Source: a virus (lineage: Duplodnaviria; Caudoviricetes). Taken from it: DNA of 64,000 bases. The stretch's first letter is position 1. Each line of letters begins with the position of its first letter. The position numbers and the translations under genes were made by a program. The DNA lies in IMG/VR virus record IMGVR_UViG_3300032030_000041, positions 1 to 64,000 of that record. The stretch is one strand, 5' to 3'. The notes below the pieces were generated by a model. The model made no database searches and was not told the origin of the DNA. It saw nothing but the letters and a program-made list of their open reading frames with translations. Positions 1-8,716 of the stretch are shown piece after piece.

Positions 1-4
1 GAAG

Positions 5-196
5 TTAGCTTTCGCTAACTTCCTCGATAATAACATTCGACAATTTGTAAATCTTAGTTATATCAAATTTACATCCGCACTTATCACAAGTACAAGTCCA
101 CCACTGTTCACCGCCGAACTGGTCGAAACCATCGCCATAGTCGCTTATTTCGTAATCTTCACATCCGCATTTAGGACAAGCCTCAGTGTACGTCAT
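5..196 (-). CDS. small Zn-ribbon protein (CPKC...CDKC), 63 aa
   Basis: ATG at 196 after AAGGA SD; two CxxC pairs; overlaps the end of the upstream gene. Confidence 0.75.
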   Translation of the reverse strand: MTYTEACPKCGCEDYEISDYGDGFDQFGGEQWWTCTCDKCGCKFDITKIYKLSNVIIEEVSES

Positions 197-521
197 TTTC
201 CTTTTCCTCCTTCTCTCTTTCGATAGGCCACGGAAATTCATCCAGAGGGCACCAATATTCAATTTCATTTCCGAACCAACTATCTGGCCCGTATTGGGCA
301 CTCCATGCCCATGGAACAGGATTATTACCTGCGACATCTTCCATTCTTTCTATGTATGCTCGTTTATTACCTTGGAGGAGTAAGGCTTCTCGTTCTTCTT
401 CTGTAATACCCTTATAAAAATATACTACATCAATACATTTATCGCCTTGAAAGGTAGAGAAGCCAACGACCTTTTCTCCATGATTGGGAAATTGTCCTAA
501 CTTGGTAGAACGCCAGTTCAT
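183..521 (-). CDS. hypothetical early protein, 112 aa
   Basis: ORF coupled to the upstream gene by an ATGA overlap. Confidence 0.75.
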   Translation of the reverse strand: MNWRSTKLGQFPNHGEKVVGFSTFQGDKCIDVVYFYKGITEEEREALLLQGNKRAYIERMEDVAGNNPVPWAWSAQYGPDSWFGNEIEYWCPLDEFPWPIEREKEEKENDVH

Positions 522-865
522 TCTTTTTCACCTACTTCCTTTTCCTTCGCCCTACGTTCCTTATCCTTCTTCGCCTTTTCGGCGCGAGCCTGCGCCTTGG
601 CTTCCTTTTCGGCCTGCTTGGCCTTGTAGGCGTTAATTTCGGACTGCATCAGTTCTTCAGCAGTCATGTCCTCACGCTCTTCGGCAACGATTGCGCCAAT
701 GCGAACGTACCGCTGAACACCATTCAAATCGGTAAGGATAACGCCATACTGACGGTCATTGACCTTGTCAAAGCCATAATCCGCAGGATTGCAGTCCTCA
801 AACAAGCACTGAAATACCTGTTCCCGCAGAGCCTTGTCAACCACGGTCTTAGAAATCTTAGCCAT
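518..865 (-). CDS. hypothetical protein with Lys/Glu/Ala-rich helical C-tail; probable remote paralog of 6668-7075
   Basis: ATG at 865 after AAACCAGAAAGGG leader; own sigmaA promoter at ~914-941. Confidence 0.85.
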   Translation of the reverse strand: MAKISKTVVDKALREQVFQCLFEDCNPADYGFDKVNDRQYGVILTDLNGVQRYVRIGAIVAEEREDMTAEELMQSEINAYKAKQAEKEAKAQARAEKAKKDKERRAKEKEVGEKE

Positions 866-1046
866 TTTAAATCCCTTTCTGGTTTGTGGTGTTTCCTTCA
901 CCTTTCGAGAGTATTATATACTATTTTGAAAGGGTTGTCAACCCCTTTTCTAAATTTATTATATATAAATTTTTGGCTTTTGTCAAAGGTGTTAGTCTTG
1001 ATTAACGGCGGCCGGCGCGCTGTATACTGTATACAAGATGTATCTA

Positions 1047-1071
1047 AAAAAAATACCGCCCGAAGGCGGTT
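1047..1071 (-). terminator. intrinsic terminator
   Basis: ACCGCC-TTCG-GGCGGT hairpin followed by a T run on the minus strand. Confidence 0.8.
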
Positions 1072-1102
1072 TGCTATTGGATAGACGTCATACCCTTTAG
1101 CG

Positions 1103-1175
1103 CCCACTCCTGCAGATTCGAACTGCTCCATTCAAGGGCTTTGCCCTTGTGCTCTTCCATTAAGCTAAGTAGTGG
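1103..1175 (-). tRNA. tRNA-like element / pseudo-tRNA with non-canonical anticodon arm
   Basis: Minus strand: acceptor CCACTAC/GGAGTGG, D-arm GCTT-AATGGAA-GAGC, arm CAAGGGC-AAA-GCCCTTG, T-arm GCAG-TTCGAAT-CTGC; no U33, no encoded CCA. Confidence 0.6.
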
Positions 1176-1200
1176 ATATGCCCCAAAGGGCTCGGAGGGC

Positions 1201-1527
1201 TTACGCCCTCCGATAGGTATTCGGCTTGCCTTCGATCTTCACCATCTCATCCTGCCACAGATGATTCAGAGCGTACTGAACCTTGCCCTTGCCCATACCA
1301 GTGGGCATTTCATCCTGAATCTGTTCGAAGATTTCGGCACAGGTCGCAGGAGTATCGGACAGAGCACCGATCACCAGATCGTGAATGCCCTCATAGGCTT
1401 CGGCATTCTTCGCCTTGGCTTCTGCGCCCTTGTTGATTTCCTTGGACAGTTCGTCCATGACTTCCTGATTGTCGTAGCCGAAGTTGGTCAGAGCGGTGAA
1501 GATGGTTTCAAAAGTCACTTTACGCAT
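1201..1527 (-). CDS. winged-helix-like protein, paralog 1 of 4 (KIEGKxNTY family), 108 aa
   Basis: ATG at 1527 after AAACCAGAAAGGA leader; promoter 1579-1607; PATCAEI...KGKVQYAL...KIEGKPNTY pattern. Confidence 0.85.
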   Translation of the reverse strand: MRKVTFETIFTALTNFGYDNQEVMDELSKEINKGAEAKAKNAEAYEGIHDLVIGALSDTPATCAEIFEQIQDEMPTGMGKGKVQYALNHLWQDEMVKIEGKPNTYRRA

Positions 1528-1616
1528 GATAGAATTCCTTTCTGGTTTGTGGAGTGTCCTTCTCCTCTTTTCATATTCATTATAGCACTTTTGTGCTGTA
1601 ATGTCAAGTGTTTTTT

Positions 1617-1677
1617 TCAGATGAGGGAGCGTCTTGACGCAAGGTTGAACCTTAGGGAGTGTCGCTCCCTCATCTGA
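1617..1677 (-). ncRNA. candidate small RNA closed by a perfect 15-bp stem
   Basis: TCAGATGAGGGAGCG...CGCTCCCTCATCTGA, starting just downstream of promoter TTGACA(1713)-N17-TATAAT(1690); no SD-ATG ORF. Confidence 0.55.
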
Positions 1678-1744
1678 CATCCTTATTATAGCATAGGATT
1701 CGCTTGCTGTCAAGAGGTTTTTTCGCATTTCTTTGAAAAATTTT

Positions 1745-1818
1745 CGTCCGAATGAACTTCCCATCACATTCTCACTATGGAGTAGTCAGTAGTAAGTTCT
1801 TTTTCTCTCCCTCTGACA
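1745..1818 (-). ncRNA. candidate small RNA
   Basis: Follows promoter TTGACT(1852)-N16-TATAAT(1830); GAACTT/AAGTTC stem; no convincing ORF. Confidence 0.4.
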
Positions 1819-1900
1819 GATATAATTATACTCGAATTTTAGGAAAAGTCAAGCATTTTTTCTGAAGAATACTGTATACAATCGCGGGCCGGCGCCCTCA

Positions 1901-2113
1901 TTAAGGGCGAGCGCCGCGGAATTTTTCTGGATGACTGTGCATATAATCCATCATTGCAGAAATTACTTCTTCTGTTCTTAAGTGCTCAGGGGGAACTTCA
2001 TCAAAGTTCCACCATCTAAAACAGAGATCGGAAAGAAACTGTTCGCGTTCTTCTTCACATTTATCATCATAAGGACAAAAGGCACAGATACCCATTCTCT
2101 TAACACTACACAT
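1901..2113 (-). CDS. small Cys-containing hypothetical protein, 70 aa
   Basis: TAATG coupling with the upstream ORF. Confidence 0.65.
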   Translation of the reverse strand: MCSVKRMGICAFCPYDDKCEEEREQFLSDLCFRWWNFDEVPPEHLRTEEVISAMMDYMHSHPEKFRGARP

Positions 2114-2250
2114 TATATTACAAACCTCACAATCGGACGATCTTCTTTCCTATACTTTGCAAACACGATAAAGCGCAACCAAAGGGCTTTCATTACGGGA
2201 AGATACCTCACAGTCTGTTCTCCCTCAAGATTCTTCAGATATACATTCAT
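2113..2250 (-). CDS. 45-aa hypothetical peptide (MNVYLKNLEGEQTVRYL...)
   Basis: AAGGTGAG SD; overlapping start/stop with both neighbours; below ORF-track cutoff. Confidence 0.65.
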   Translation of the reverse strand: MNVYLKNLEGEQTVRYLPVMKALWLRFIVFAKYRKEDRPIVRFVI

Positions 2251-2411
2251 TTTCTCACCTTCTTCCACATATCCCAAACGGTATCAACTGATACCCAAAT
2301 TAAAGTACCAAGATAATCATGCATGAGGAAAAGCATCATGAAAGGAGTGCGGGCAAACGCATTTCCTATAATAGTCCCAAGTGTTCGACTAATCATAATC
2401 GCCATCGTCAT
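2247..2411 (-). CDS. 54-aa hydrophobic peptide
   Basis: AAACCAGAAAGGA leader; promoter at ~2459-2485; ATGA overlap with the next gene. Confidence 0.6.
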   Translation of the reverse strand: MTMAIMISRTLGTIIGNAFARTPFMMLFLMHDYLGTLIWVSVDTVWDMWKKVRK

Positions 2412-2524
2412 CAAGTTCCTTTCTGGTTTAACCTGTTTTCCTTCAGTTCATGATTATATTATACTCATTTTTGCGCGAATGTCAACAGAAAAATTATTAC
2501 AATTCTGTTAAATCGGGCCGGCGC

Positions 2525-3190
2525 TCACTTGGAAGCCTTGGCACGCAAGGCTTCCAAGCATTTTGTAAAAATCTCTTTTTCAATTTCAACATCCTTAAGT
2601 CCTGTATGGGATTCGATGAAGTCGTTGTTGTTACTAATATAGCGCCAGAGGACTTCTGCGGTGAAACGAGGGCGAGGGATGGCGTGGTTTGTCATGTATT
2701 TGTTCTCCTTACAGAACGCAATATATTGTGGGTCTGCGCCAAAAACCTTTTTCGCGAGGGCGAGGCTATCAATCACCTTTACACCATATGGGATAAAGTA
2801 CCGCTTGCGTGATTTGGTTTGATAACGTATAGTCGCATTAAGAGCCTGAATGTCAAATCTGGCATTGTGCGCTACCATTGCCTGTACATTGTACTTATTG
2901 CACAGTTCTTTTACCACTTTATACATGCCCCAAGTATCCACGATCTTGTGGTTGCCCATTCGCATATCCTCAAGATACTGTGGGATTTTTTCGGCATAGT
3001 AGGCTTCTTTCATCTGTTCGGGCATCCTAAAAAAGACATCTTCATTTACTACGCTAAAGCGTTCTTTTTCGTTGCCGAACTCATCAATTACCGCTCCTCC
3101 AAGGTCATAAACCTGACCATTTTTTACATCCAACTGTCCATCAATTACGGGAGTGTTGCAAGTTTCGCTATCAAATACAAGGAAGTGCAT
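2525..3190 (-). CDS. DEDDh (DnaQ-like) 3'-5' exonuclease
   Basis: ExoI FDSET, ExoII HNARFD, ExoIII H-TGLKD motifs. Confidence 0.85.
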   Translation of the reverse strand: MHFLVFDSETCNTPVIDGQLDVKNGQVYDLGGAVIDEFGNEKERFSVVNEDVFFRMPEQMKEAYYAEKIPQYLEDMRMGNHKIVDTWGMYKVVKELCNKYNVQAMVAHNARFDIQALNATIRYQTKSRKRYFIPYGVKVIDSLALAKKVFGADPQYIAFCKENKYMTNHAIPRPRFTAEVLWRYISNNNDFIESHTGLKDVEIEKEIFTKCLEALRAKASK

Positions 3191-3399
3191 AGGGGTTGCC
3201 TTTCTGGTTTGTGTTGTTTTCCTTCAACTTTCATGTACTATTATAACATAGAAATGAAATTAGTCAAGGGGCAATTGTTACAAAAGTCTTAACTTTTCGG
3301 GCCGGCTGAAAAATCCTCATCAAGTTCGGCAAATGCGCCGGCGCTGGATACTGTATACAATATGCGGCAAAGAAAAAGGGCGCCGAAGCGCCCAAAGGA

Positions 3400-3717
3400 T
3401 TAAGCCTTGAGGGTATAGGTGTTAACCTTACCCTCGATCTTCTCGATCTCCTCACCCCAATAGTGAGACAGGCCATATACGATCTTGCCCTTCGGATAAC
3501 CAGTCTCATCGGCCAGTTCCTGCGCGGTAACGGGATTCTCCGCAGAGGTCAGAGCCTTGATCACGGCATCGTGAATCTCAGCGTAGACCGCCTGATTGGC
3601 TTCCTTCTGCGCATCGCCACGGGTGATTTCGCGGTTCAGTTCAGACAGCACTTCAGAATCCGCGTAACCATAACCAGTCAGAGCGTCCTTGATAGCGATC
3701 AGAGTAACTTTCTTCAT
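3400..3717 (-). CDS. winged-helix-like protein, paralog 2 of 4
   Basis: PVTAQELADETGYPKGKIVYGL...KIEGKVNTY; leader motif; promoter 3770-3798; terminator at ~3372-3394. Confidence 0.85.
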   Translation of the reverse strand: MKKVTLIAIKDALTGYGYADSEVLSELNREITRGDAQKEANQAVYAEIHDAVIKALTSAENPVTAQELADETGYPKGKIVYGLSHYWGEEIEKIEGKVNTYTLKA

Positions 3718-3829
3718 TGTTCAAATTCCTTTCTGGTTTGTAGGGTGTCCTTCCCTTTCTTTCGTGATTAGTATAACATAATTTGTGGGGTTTGTCAAGG
3801 GGTTTTGAGAAAAATCTCTAGAAAATTTT

Positions 3830-3957
3830 TCTCATCCTCGTGCGTTCCTATGTGGCCAATCTATCACAATTTTGTTGACATCTCCGTCTATTGCGACTTC
3901 CAACCGCCGCCCCACACAGAGAAAGTGGCTCAGAGGTTTTGCTCCCCTTTTGAACAT
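3830..3957 (-). ncRNA. candidate structured small RNA
   Basis: Follows TTGACA(3990)-N17-TATAAT(3967); TGTGTGG/CCACATA closing stem with internal hairpins; only a leaderless 41-codon ORF is possible. Confidence 0.4.
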
Positions 3958-4007
3958 CCTTATTATAGCACAGGATTTGCTGTTTGTCAAGGGTTTGAAG
4001 AAATTTT

Positions 4008-4113
4008 TCAGTCTGTTAGCACTATCTGATAACTTCCGAAGGTCGCGACCCTTCCACAGAGCAACCTATCCTTATTGAAGGAGCAGTTACGCTTTCCCTC
4101 GTCCCTTGGAACA
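4008..4113 (-). ncRNA. candidate structured small RNA
   Basis: Follows TTGACT(4146)-N16-TATACT(4124); hairpins such as GAAGGGTC-GC-GACCTTC; no SD-ATG ORF. Confidence 0.4.
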
Positions 4114-4203
4114 ATTATAGTATACCATAATTTTAGAAAAAGTCAACCCCTAATTTAAAAGTATACTGTATACAATCGGGCCGGCACGTTAGTGAGTGCT
4201 AAC

Positions 4204-4473
4204 TCACTTAAGATAGCACTCATACCATGCATAGTCGCCCCATATTCCATTTTCAAACTGCTCTTCTACATAATCACGCCAAGCGGCATCTTCTCCATCA
4301 TCAGTATTGGGATAATTTCTGCCTTCTACCCACCAATCAAAGTCACGACGAATTACTACATCATCATAATGATCATCAAACCATTTCTGACAATCGTCTT
4401 TGATTTTCTGCAAGTCCGTGACTGCATACATAGGTTCACCTTCGAGAGTTAGCACATAAATCTTAGTGGCCAT
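4204..4473 (-). CDS. acidic, Trp-rich hypothetical protein, 89 aa
   Basis: AAGGAG SD before ATG at 4473. Confidence 0.75.
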   Translation of the reverse strand: MATKIYVLTLEGEPMYAVTDLQKIKDDCQKWFDDHYDDVVIRRDFDWWVEGRNYPNTDDGEDAAWRDYVEEQFENGIWGDYAWYECYLK

Positions 4474-4474
4474 T

Positions 4475-4672
4475 TTATTCTCCTTCCACATCATCCAAAT
4501 TCAGCCAGTAATTCCAATCGCCCTGAAAGAATACTGCGAAATCATCGCAATCTGCCATCGGGTCATCAATGTGACAAATACCGCACTGATCGCAATAAGG
4601 GCAATCACCATAGGCATTTACAGTACAAAATGTTGGTTCTCCATTATAGGTTCCCTTCTTCACATCTCTCAT
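4475..4672 (-). CDS. small Cys-rich acidic protein (CPYCDQCGIC), 65 aa
   Basis: ORF in an operon; metal-binding Cys cluster. Confidence 0.7.
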   Translation of the reverse strand: MRDVKKGTYNGEPTFCTVNAYGDCPYCDQCGICHIDDPMADCDDFAVFFQGDWNYWLNLDDVEGE

Positions 4673-4829
4673 TTTGCTCTCTCTCCTTCAATCTGGCTCG
4701 TGCCTGTTTCCGTAAACGCTTCTTCAATCTTCGTCTGGCGGGCGTGCTCTGGTCAATCCACTTGCGACAACCTTTATTCAAGTCCCAAGCGGCGAGTTCA
4801 TCGAGTTTCTTGTACCTTGCTCTTTCCAT
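4644..4829 (-). CDS. small basic protein, 61 aa
   Basis: AGGAGG SD; promoter at ~4853-4881; Arg/Lys-rich. Confidence 0.7.
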   Translation of the reverse strand: MERARYKKLDELAAWDLNKGCRKWIDQSTPARRRLKKRLRKQARARLKEREQNERCEEGNL

Positions 4830-4918
4830 CCTTCATCCCTCCTGACACTATTAATTATACTCAGAATTAGAGAAAAGTCAAGGTGTAAAATTGTTAAATT
4901 TTTGTTACGGGCCGGCGC

Positions 4919-5425
4919 CTACCGCTGATCGTAGGCACCATAATCAATTAGTACCACATGACCTTTTTTCCATCCATAATTGAGATAATGAAGGTCATAC
5001 ATATTATGGCAAGAGCACCAATCGCTTTCTTCCACGGTCATATATTCCCAAGCATCCTGATCAGTGCGCCCGATGCCACGAATTAGGGGCATGATGTAGA
5101 AGGTCATGCCATCATACTGAAAAGGAGTAATCTTAGCGAACAGATAAGCGAACCCATCAGCTTCAGCTTCGGCATACATGGCCATTTCCTTCTCACAGCC
5201 ACCGAAGATTTCAATACTTCTGGGGCTCCAGTCGATCTTGACCACATAATCGGAGGTAATCAGAGCCACACGAGTCATACCATGAGATACCCGCACATTA
5301 GTATGATGCTCATAATTATAAGCATTTACAGCCCATTCGAAATCTTCAATGGTTTCCGCGTCGATCAGATAGGTAGCAATTCGCCGAATGAACTTCTGCG
5401 CCCGAACCTCGTAAGTGTTTCTCAT
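4919..5425 (-). CDS. minimal protein-kinase-like protein; ends in TAG used as a stop
   Basis: HGMTRVA G-loop-like, YVVKID, helix-C Glu (CEKE), DLHYLN catalytic loop, IDYG (DFG-like). Confidence 0.7.
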   Translation of the reverse strand: MRNTYEVRAQKFIRRIATYLIDAETIEDFEWAVNAYNYEHHTNVRVSHGMTRVALITSDYVVKIDWSPRSIEIFGGCEKEMAMYAEAEADGFAYLFAKITPFQYDGMTFYIMPLIRGIGRTDQDAWEYMTVEESDWCSCHNMYDLHYLNYGWKKGHVVLIDYGAYDQR

Positions 5426-5528
5426 GCTCAATTCCTCCCTTTCAGCATAGATATTCTATCATGTTTTTGAGAAAAAAGCAAGAGGAAAATTATTACAATT
5501 GTATTAACTTTTCGGGCCGGCGCGAGTG

Positions 5529-5981
5529 TTAGCGTGCGCTAACACCGAGCAGATTCTTCAAGATCTCAATGATTTCAACGGGTTCATATGCTTTGTCCTG
5601 CCATGCTTTGCGGTTGCCTTCTTCATCATCGAACAGGATGCCACCGCCGCAAGTCATGTATTTATTGGTACCATAACGGACAACCTTAATCTCGTCCCAC
5701 TCAACAGAAGGAAGATGTCTTGCGAGCCAGTCACGCTTTGCTACCTCTACGGCCAGATTATACATTTCGCTACCGCATTTAGAAGTCCAGCTGATAATCC
5801 CAATTTTCCAGCCCTGCGCCTGAAGGCGATTTAACAGACGAGCAAAAAGCGAGAAGTTCAACATGGTCTGGGCATTAGCGTAAGGAAACACATCTTCCTT
5901 CATGAGGTAGTCAAGCCAACCCTCGACCGCATACAGATTAGCAATCGTTCCATCCATATCGAACCAAATTTCTTTCTTCAT
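5529..5981 (-). CDS. HAD-superfamily 5'(3')-deoxyribonucleotidase-like phosphatase
   Basis: FDMDGT motif I, ISWT motif II, K, FDD motif IV. Confidence 0.85.
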   Translation of the reverse strand: MKKEIWFDMDGTIANLYAVEGWLDYLMKEDVFPYANAQTMLNFSLFARLLNRLQAQGWKIGIISWTSKCGSEMYNLAVEVAKRDWLARHLPSVEWDEIKVVRYGTNKYMTCGGGILFDDEEGNRKAWQDKAYEPVEIIEILKNLLGVSAR

Positions 5982-6092
5982 TCCTTCAACCCCTTTCTCT
6001 TGGTACATTAGAAGTATAGCATAGAATATGTTATAAGTCAAGCAGTAAAATGTTACAAAAGTCTTAACTCTGAGGGCCGGCGCAAGGGTAGA

Positions 6093-6503
6093 TTACTCTA
6101 CCCAAATCCAATACTTGCGCTTGACCTGAACCTGTTTCTTATAATAGCCATATACCTCTTTCAACTTAAACGGATTCGAAATAGTGGCTTTTCTTCCTTC
6201 ATAATTAATGGTAATGGTGTCGGGTTCACTGCAGGGAAGCTCCACTTCATTCTCATCTAACGGCCCATGATATCCGCGGGCTTCAACCGTGATCGTTTCC
6301 TCCTTGCGGATTTCCTTGCGAATTTTTCCACCCTGCTCTAGAGCTTCCAGAATTGTGGAAGTTGCACGCGTGGAGTGAATCAGATCCTGATTGGAAACTT
6401 CCTTGTTCTTCTCAATAAAAGCCATCACTTGCAACAGTTTCATATACATATCTTTGGCACTGCGAATGGTGGGGATGCTGAGCGCGATTTCGTTATTTGT
6501 CAT
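6093..6503 (-). CDS. hypothetical protein, possible HTH N-terminus, 136 aa
   Basis: Leader motif and promoter at ~6571-6599. Confidence 0.75.
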   Translation of the reverse strand: MTNNEIALSIPTIRSAKDMYMKLLQVMAFIEKNKEVSNQDLIHSTRATSTILEALEQGGKIRKEIRKEETITVEARGYHGPLDENEVELPCSEPDTITINYEGRKATISNPFKLKEVYGYYKKQVQVKRKYWIWVE

Positions 6504-6667
6504 ATGATTTCCCTTTCTGGTTTTTTGAGGTATCCTTCCTCTTTCTTTGGTTCCCTCTTGGAACATGATTAGTATATCACACTATAGCATACTTGTCAAC
6601 ACTTTTTATAAAAAATTTTTGCGCCGGCGGAGTTAGCTATAACTAATTGATGACAAAAGAAAAAGGA

Positions 6668-7075
6668 TCACGCCTTGGGCGTGTCCTTAATCTTGCGGAG
6701 TTCTTTCAAGCCCTTGTTTGCTTCGGCAAGGGCTTTCTTTTCCTCCCGTGCTTTCTTATCCTTGGCAATTTTCGCCTGTTTCTTGGCATCTGCTTCTGCC
6801 TTTTTCTGCGCCTTTTCCTCGCAGTCGATCTTGTAGTCCTCGGCGGCAGAGTACCCATCATATGGGGTATAGCCACCCTCGCCATTACGAGTCCCACGGG
6901 GAATTGAAACCTTGATAACAGCCCATGTTTCGTTGCCATCGGGGTCAAGGCAAGGCACGGCGATCTCGTTTGCGCTCACGGGCAGGGCATCGGTTTCCTT
7001 TTCGGTTTCGATAGCCTTCGCAATCAGAGCGAGAAAATCATTGCGAATCAGGTTTTCCATCTGGGCTTTAGTCAT
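6668..7075 (-). CDS. hypothetical protein with basic helical tail; probable remote paralog of 518-865
   Basis: AAAGGAG SD; D-x-x-G-x-x-x-(W/Y) strand and AKKQAKIAKDKK tail resemble 518-865. Confidence 0.8.
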   Translation of the reverse strand: MTKAQMENLIRNDFLALIAKAIETEKETDALPVSANEIAVPCLDPDGNETWAVIKVSIPRGTRNGEGGYTPYDGYSAAEDYKIDCEEKAQKKAEADAKKQAKIAKDKKAREEKKALAEANKGLKELRKIKDTPKA

Positions 7076-7307
7076 TAGGCATCGCTCCTTTCTTATTACA
7101 AAGGGATTATATCACAATTTCGGGAATCTGTCAAGAGGAATTTTTTCTCTTTCTCTTGATCTGAATATATTATATAATAAATTTTGATTTTTGTCAAGAA
7201 TTTTTTTGAAAGAATACTGTATACAATTTCGTGCCGCGCGCCGGCAAGTTAGTCATGACTAACTTGCGGACAAAGAAAAAGCCCACCCATCGGGGTGGGC
7301 TTGATTA

Positions 7308-7640
7308 TTACGCCCGAGTGTAGGAATTAACCTTGCCCTCGTGCTTGACGACTTCGGACTCCCAGTAATGCCCCAGAGCATACTGAACCTTCGCCTTAGA
7401 GAAACCCATGGGGAGCAGCTTGTCCTTAACAGCTTCAAACAGCTCCGCAACAGTCACAGGAATATCGCCCAGCTCGCTCAGCACGATCTCCTTCGCCTGC
7501 TCATACAGCTCGCGGTTCGCCTGAGCCTTCTCAGCTCCGCGGTTCAGCTCCGCAACCAGCTCGTTGCGGACTTCCGCCAGCTCGCTGATGCGGTTGGTGT
7601 CGATGTAATTCACGATGGTCTGCATGGTGGTCTTCTTCAT
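7308..7640 (-). CDS. winged-helix-like protein, paralog 3 of 4
   Basis: PVTVAELFE...KAKVQYALGHYW...KHEGKVNSY; leader motif; promoter 7693-7721; terminator ~7274-7301. Confidence 0.85.
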   Translation of the reverse strand: MKKTTMQTIVNYIDTNRISELAEVRNELVAELNRGAEKAQANRELYEQAKEIVLSELGDIPVTVAELFEAVKDKLLPMGFSKAKVQYALGHYWESEVVKHEGKVNSYTRA

Positions 7641-7742
7641 AATCATTTCCCTTTCTGGTTTGTGGGGTTTTCCTTCCCCTGTTTTCGTATTTATTGTACC
7701 ACGGTTTCGGGAGTCTGTCAAGAGGTTTTCCAAACTTTTTTT

Positions 7743-7840
7743 GAACGAACAATCTTTGAAGTGACCTTTTAAACACTCCCATTTCTCGGCTTACTTATCG
7801 CTTGTAAGCGCCCTGTGAAGGGGTTCGTTCTCCTCTTGAC
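7743..7840 (-). ncRNA. candidate multibranch small RNA
   Basis: GAACGAAC/GTTCGTTC closing stem with internal hairpins; promoter TTGACA(7875)-N17-TATAAT(7852). Confidence 0.5.
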
Positions 7841-7884
7841 ACAGTCATTATAGCACACTGTGCTTATAATGTCAAGTGTTTTTT

Positions 7885-7981
7885 TTGTTCTTTGGGAGGC
7901 GTGTTTCGTGTGCGTCCACACAGGGTTGTGCGCCCATCCCATGAAGGCTCGCCTTGGTTTCTCCTGTCTCCCTCGGAACAA
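7885..7981 (-). ncRNA. candidate multibranch small RNA
   Basis: TTGTTC/GAACAA plus GGGAG/CTCCC closing stems; promoter TTGACT(8013)-N16-TATAAT(7991). Confidence 0.5.
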
Positions 7982-8082
7982 TTATATTATAGCACGAATC
8001 AGGAAAAAGTCAACACTTTTTTTGAAAAAAAGATTGTTAAGTTTTTCACAAGCGGCGGGCCGGCACGAAAGTAGACCGAAGT

Positions 8083-8337
8083 CTACTTGTACAGAAGAGA
8101 AAGGAAATAGACATTGAGGACAACACTTGAAAGATGCATCAAAATATCATTGATATGTCGATGCTGTGAAAGGTCTTTGCACACACCGAAGAGGGCAATT
8201 GCAAGTCCGAACCATGACACCTGAAGGCCGAAGAGCATAATCAGAACAACGTTTAAAATGGTAATGCCGCAACGAACGTCATTCCATTCAAAGCGATAAG
8301 GGGTTTCAATCCCGAACCAATTTTTAATCGTCTGCAT
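8083..8337 (-). CDS. small membrane protein; ends in TAG used as a stop inside a terminator hairpin
   Basis: Hydrophobic segments; AGGAG SD; AAGTAGAC-TTCG-GTCTACTT terminator. Confidence 0.75.
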   Translation of the reverse strand: MQTIKNWFGIETPYRFEWNDVRCGITILNVVLIMLFGLQVSWFGLAIALFGVCKDLSQHRHINDILMHLSSVVLNVYFLSLLYK

Positions 8338-8554
8338 TTTCATCTCTCCTTGCCCATTCAAGATATTGCTTGCTCATTCTTTCAATATTATCAGGGGTAA
8401 AGCCATCGTTAATATTATACCAAGTGGAAACATAAAAGGGGATACCATGACGAGTTGCCCAATTCGCAATCGCATTGACAAGGCGAGTAACTATTAGACG
8501 AAACCAGACATATTTCCACAATCCGCGGAAATGATTACCATAGAACATTCTCAA
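8324..8554 (-). CDS. hypothetical protein, ~76 aa
   Basis: AAAGGA SD; promoter at ~8587-8614. Confidence 0.65.
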   Translation of the reverse strand: MRMFYGNHFRGLWKYVWFRLIVTRLVNAIANWATRHGIPFYVSTWYNINDGFTPDNIERMSKQYLEWARRDENADD

Positions 8555-8716
8555 TCCATCCTTTCCGTTCCCTTTGGAACAATGTTATTATATCACGTTA
8601 TATAAGAATGTCAATAGGAAAATTGTTACAATTCTATTAACAATCGCGGCCGGCCGAGTTAGTGGCGGCTAACTGATGTGAAAAGAAAAACCCTCCCGTA
8701 AGGGAGGGCGCAAGGA

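Noticed and set aside
1103-1175. Amber suppressor tRNA explaining the recoding
   Set aside because: The anticodon position reads AAA, not CTA, and the loop is non-canonical
1528-1767. N-terminal extensions of early ORFs given by the track (also 5982-6041, 6504-6566, 7641-7733, 15823-15894)
   Set aside because: They run through promoters and leaders; SD-linked ATGs lie downstream
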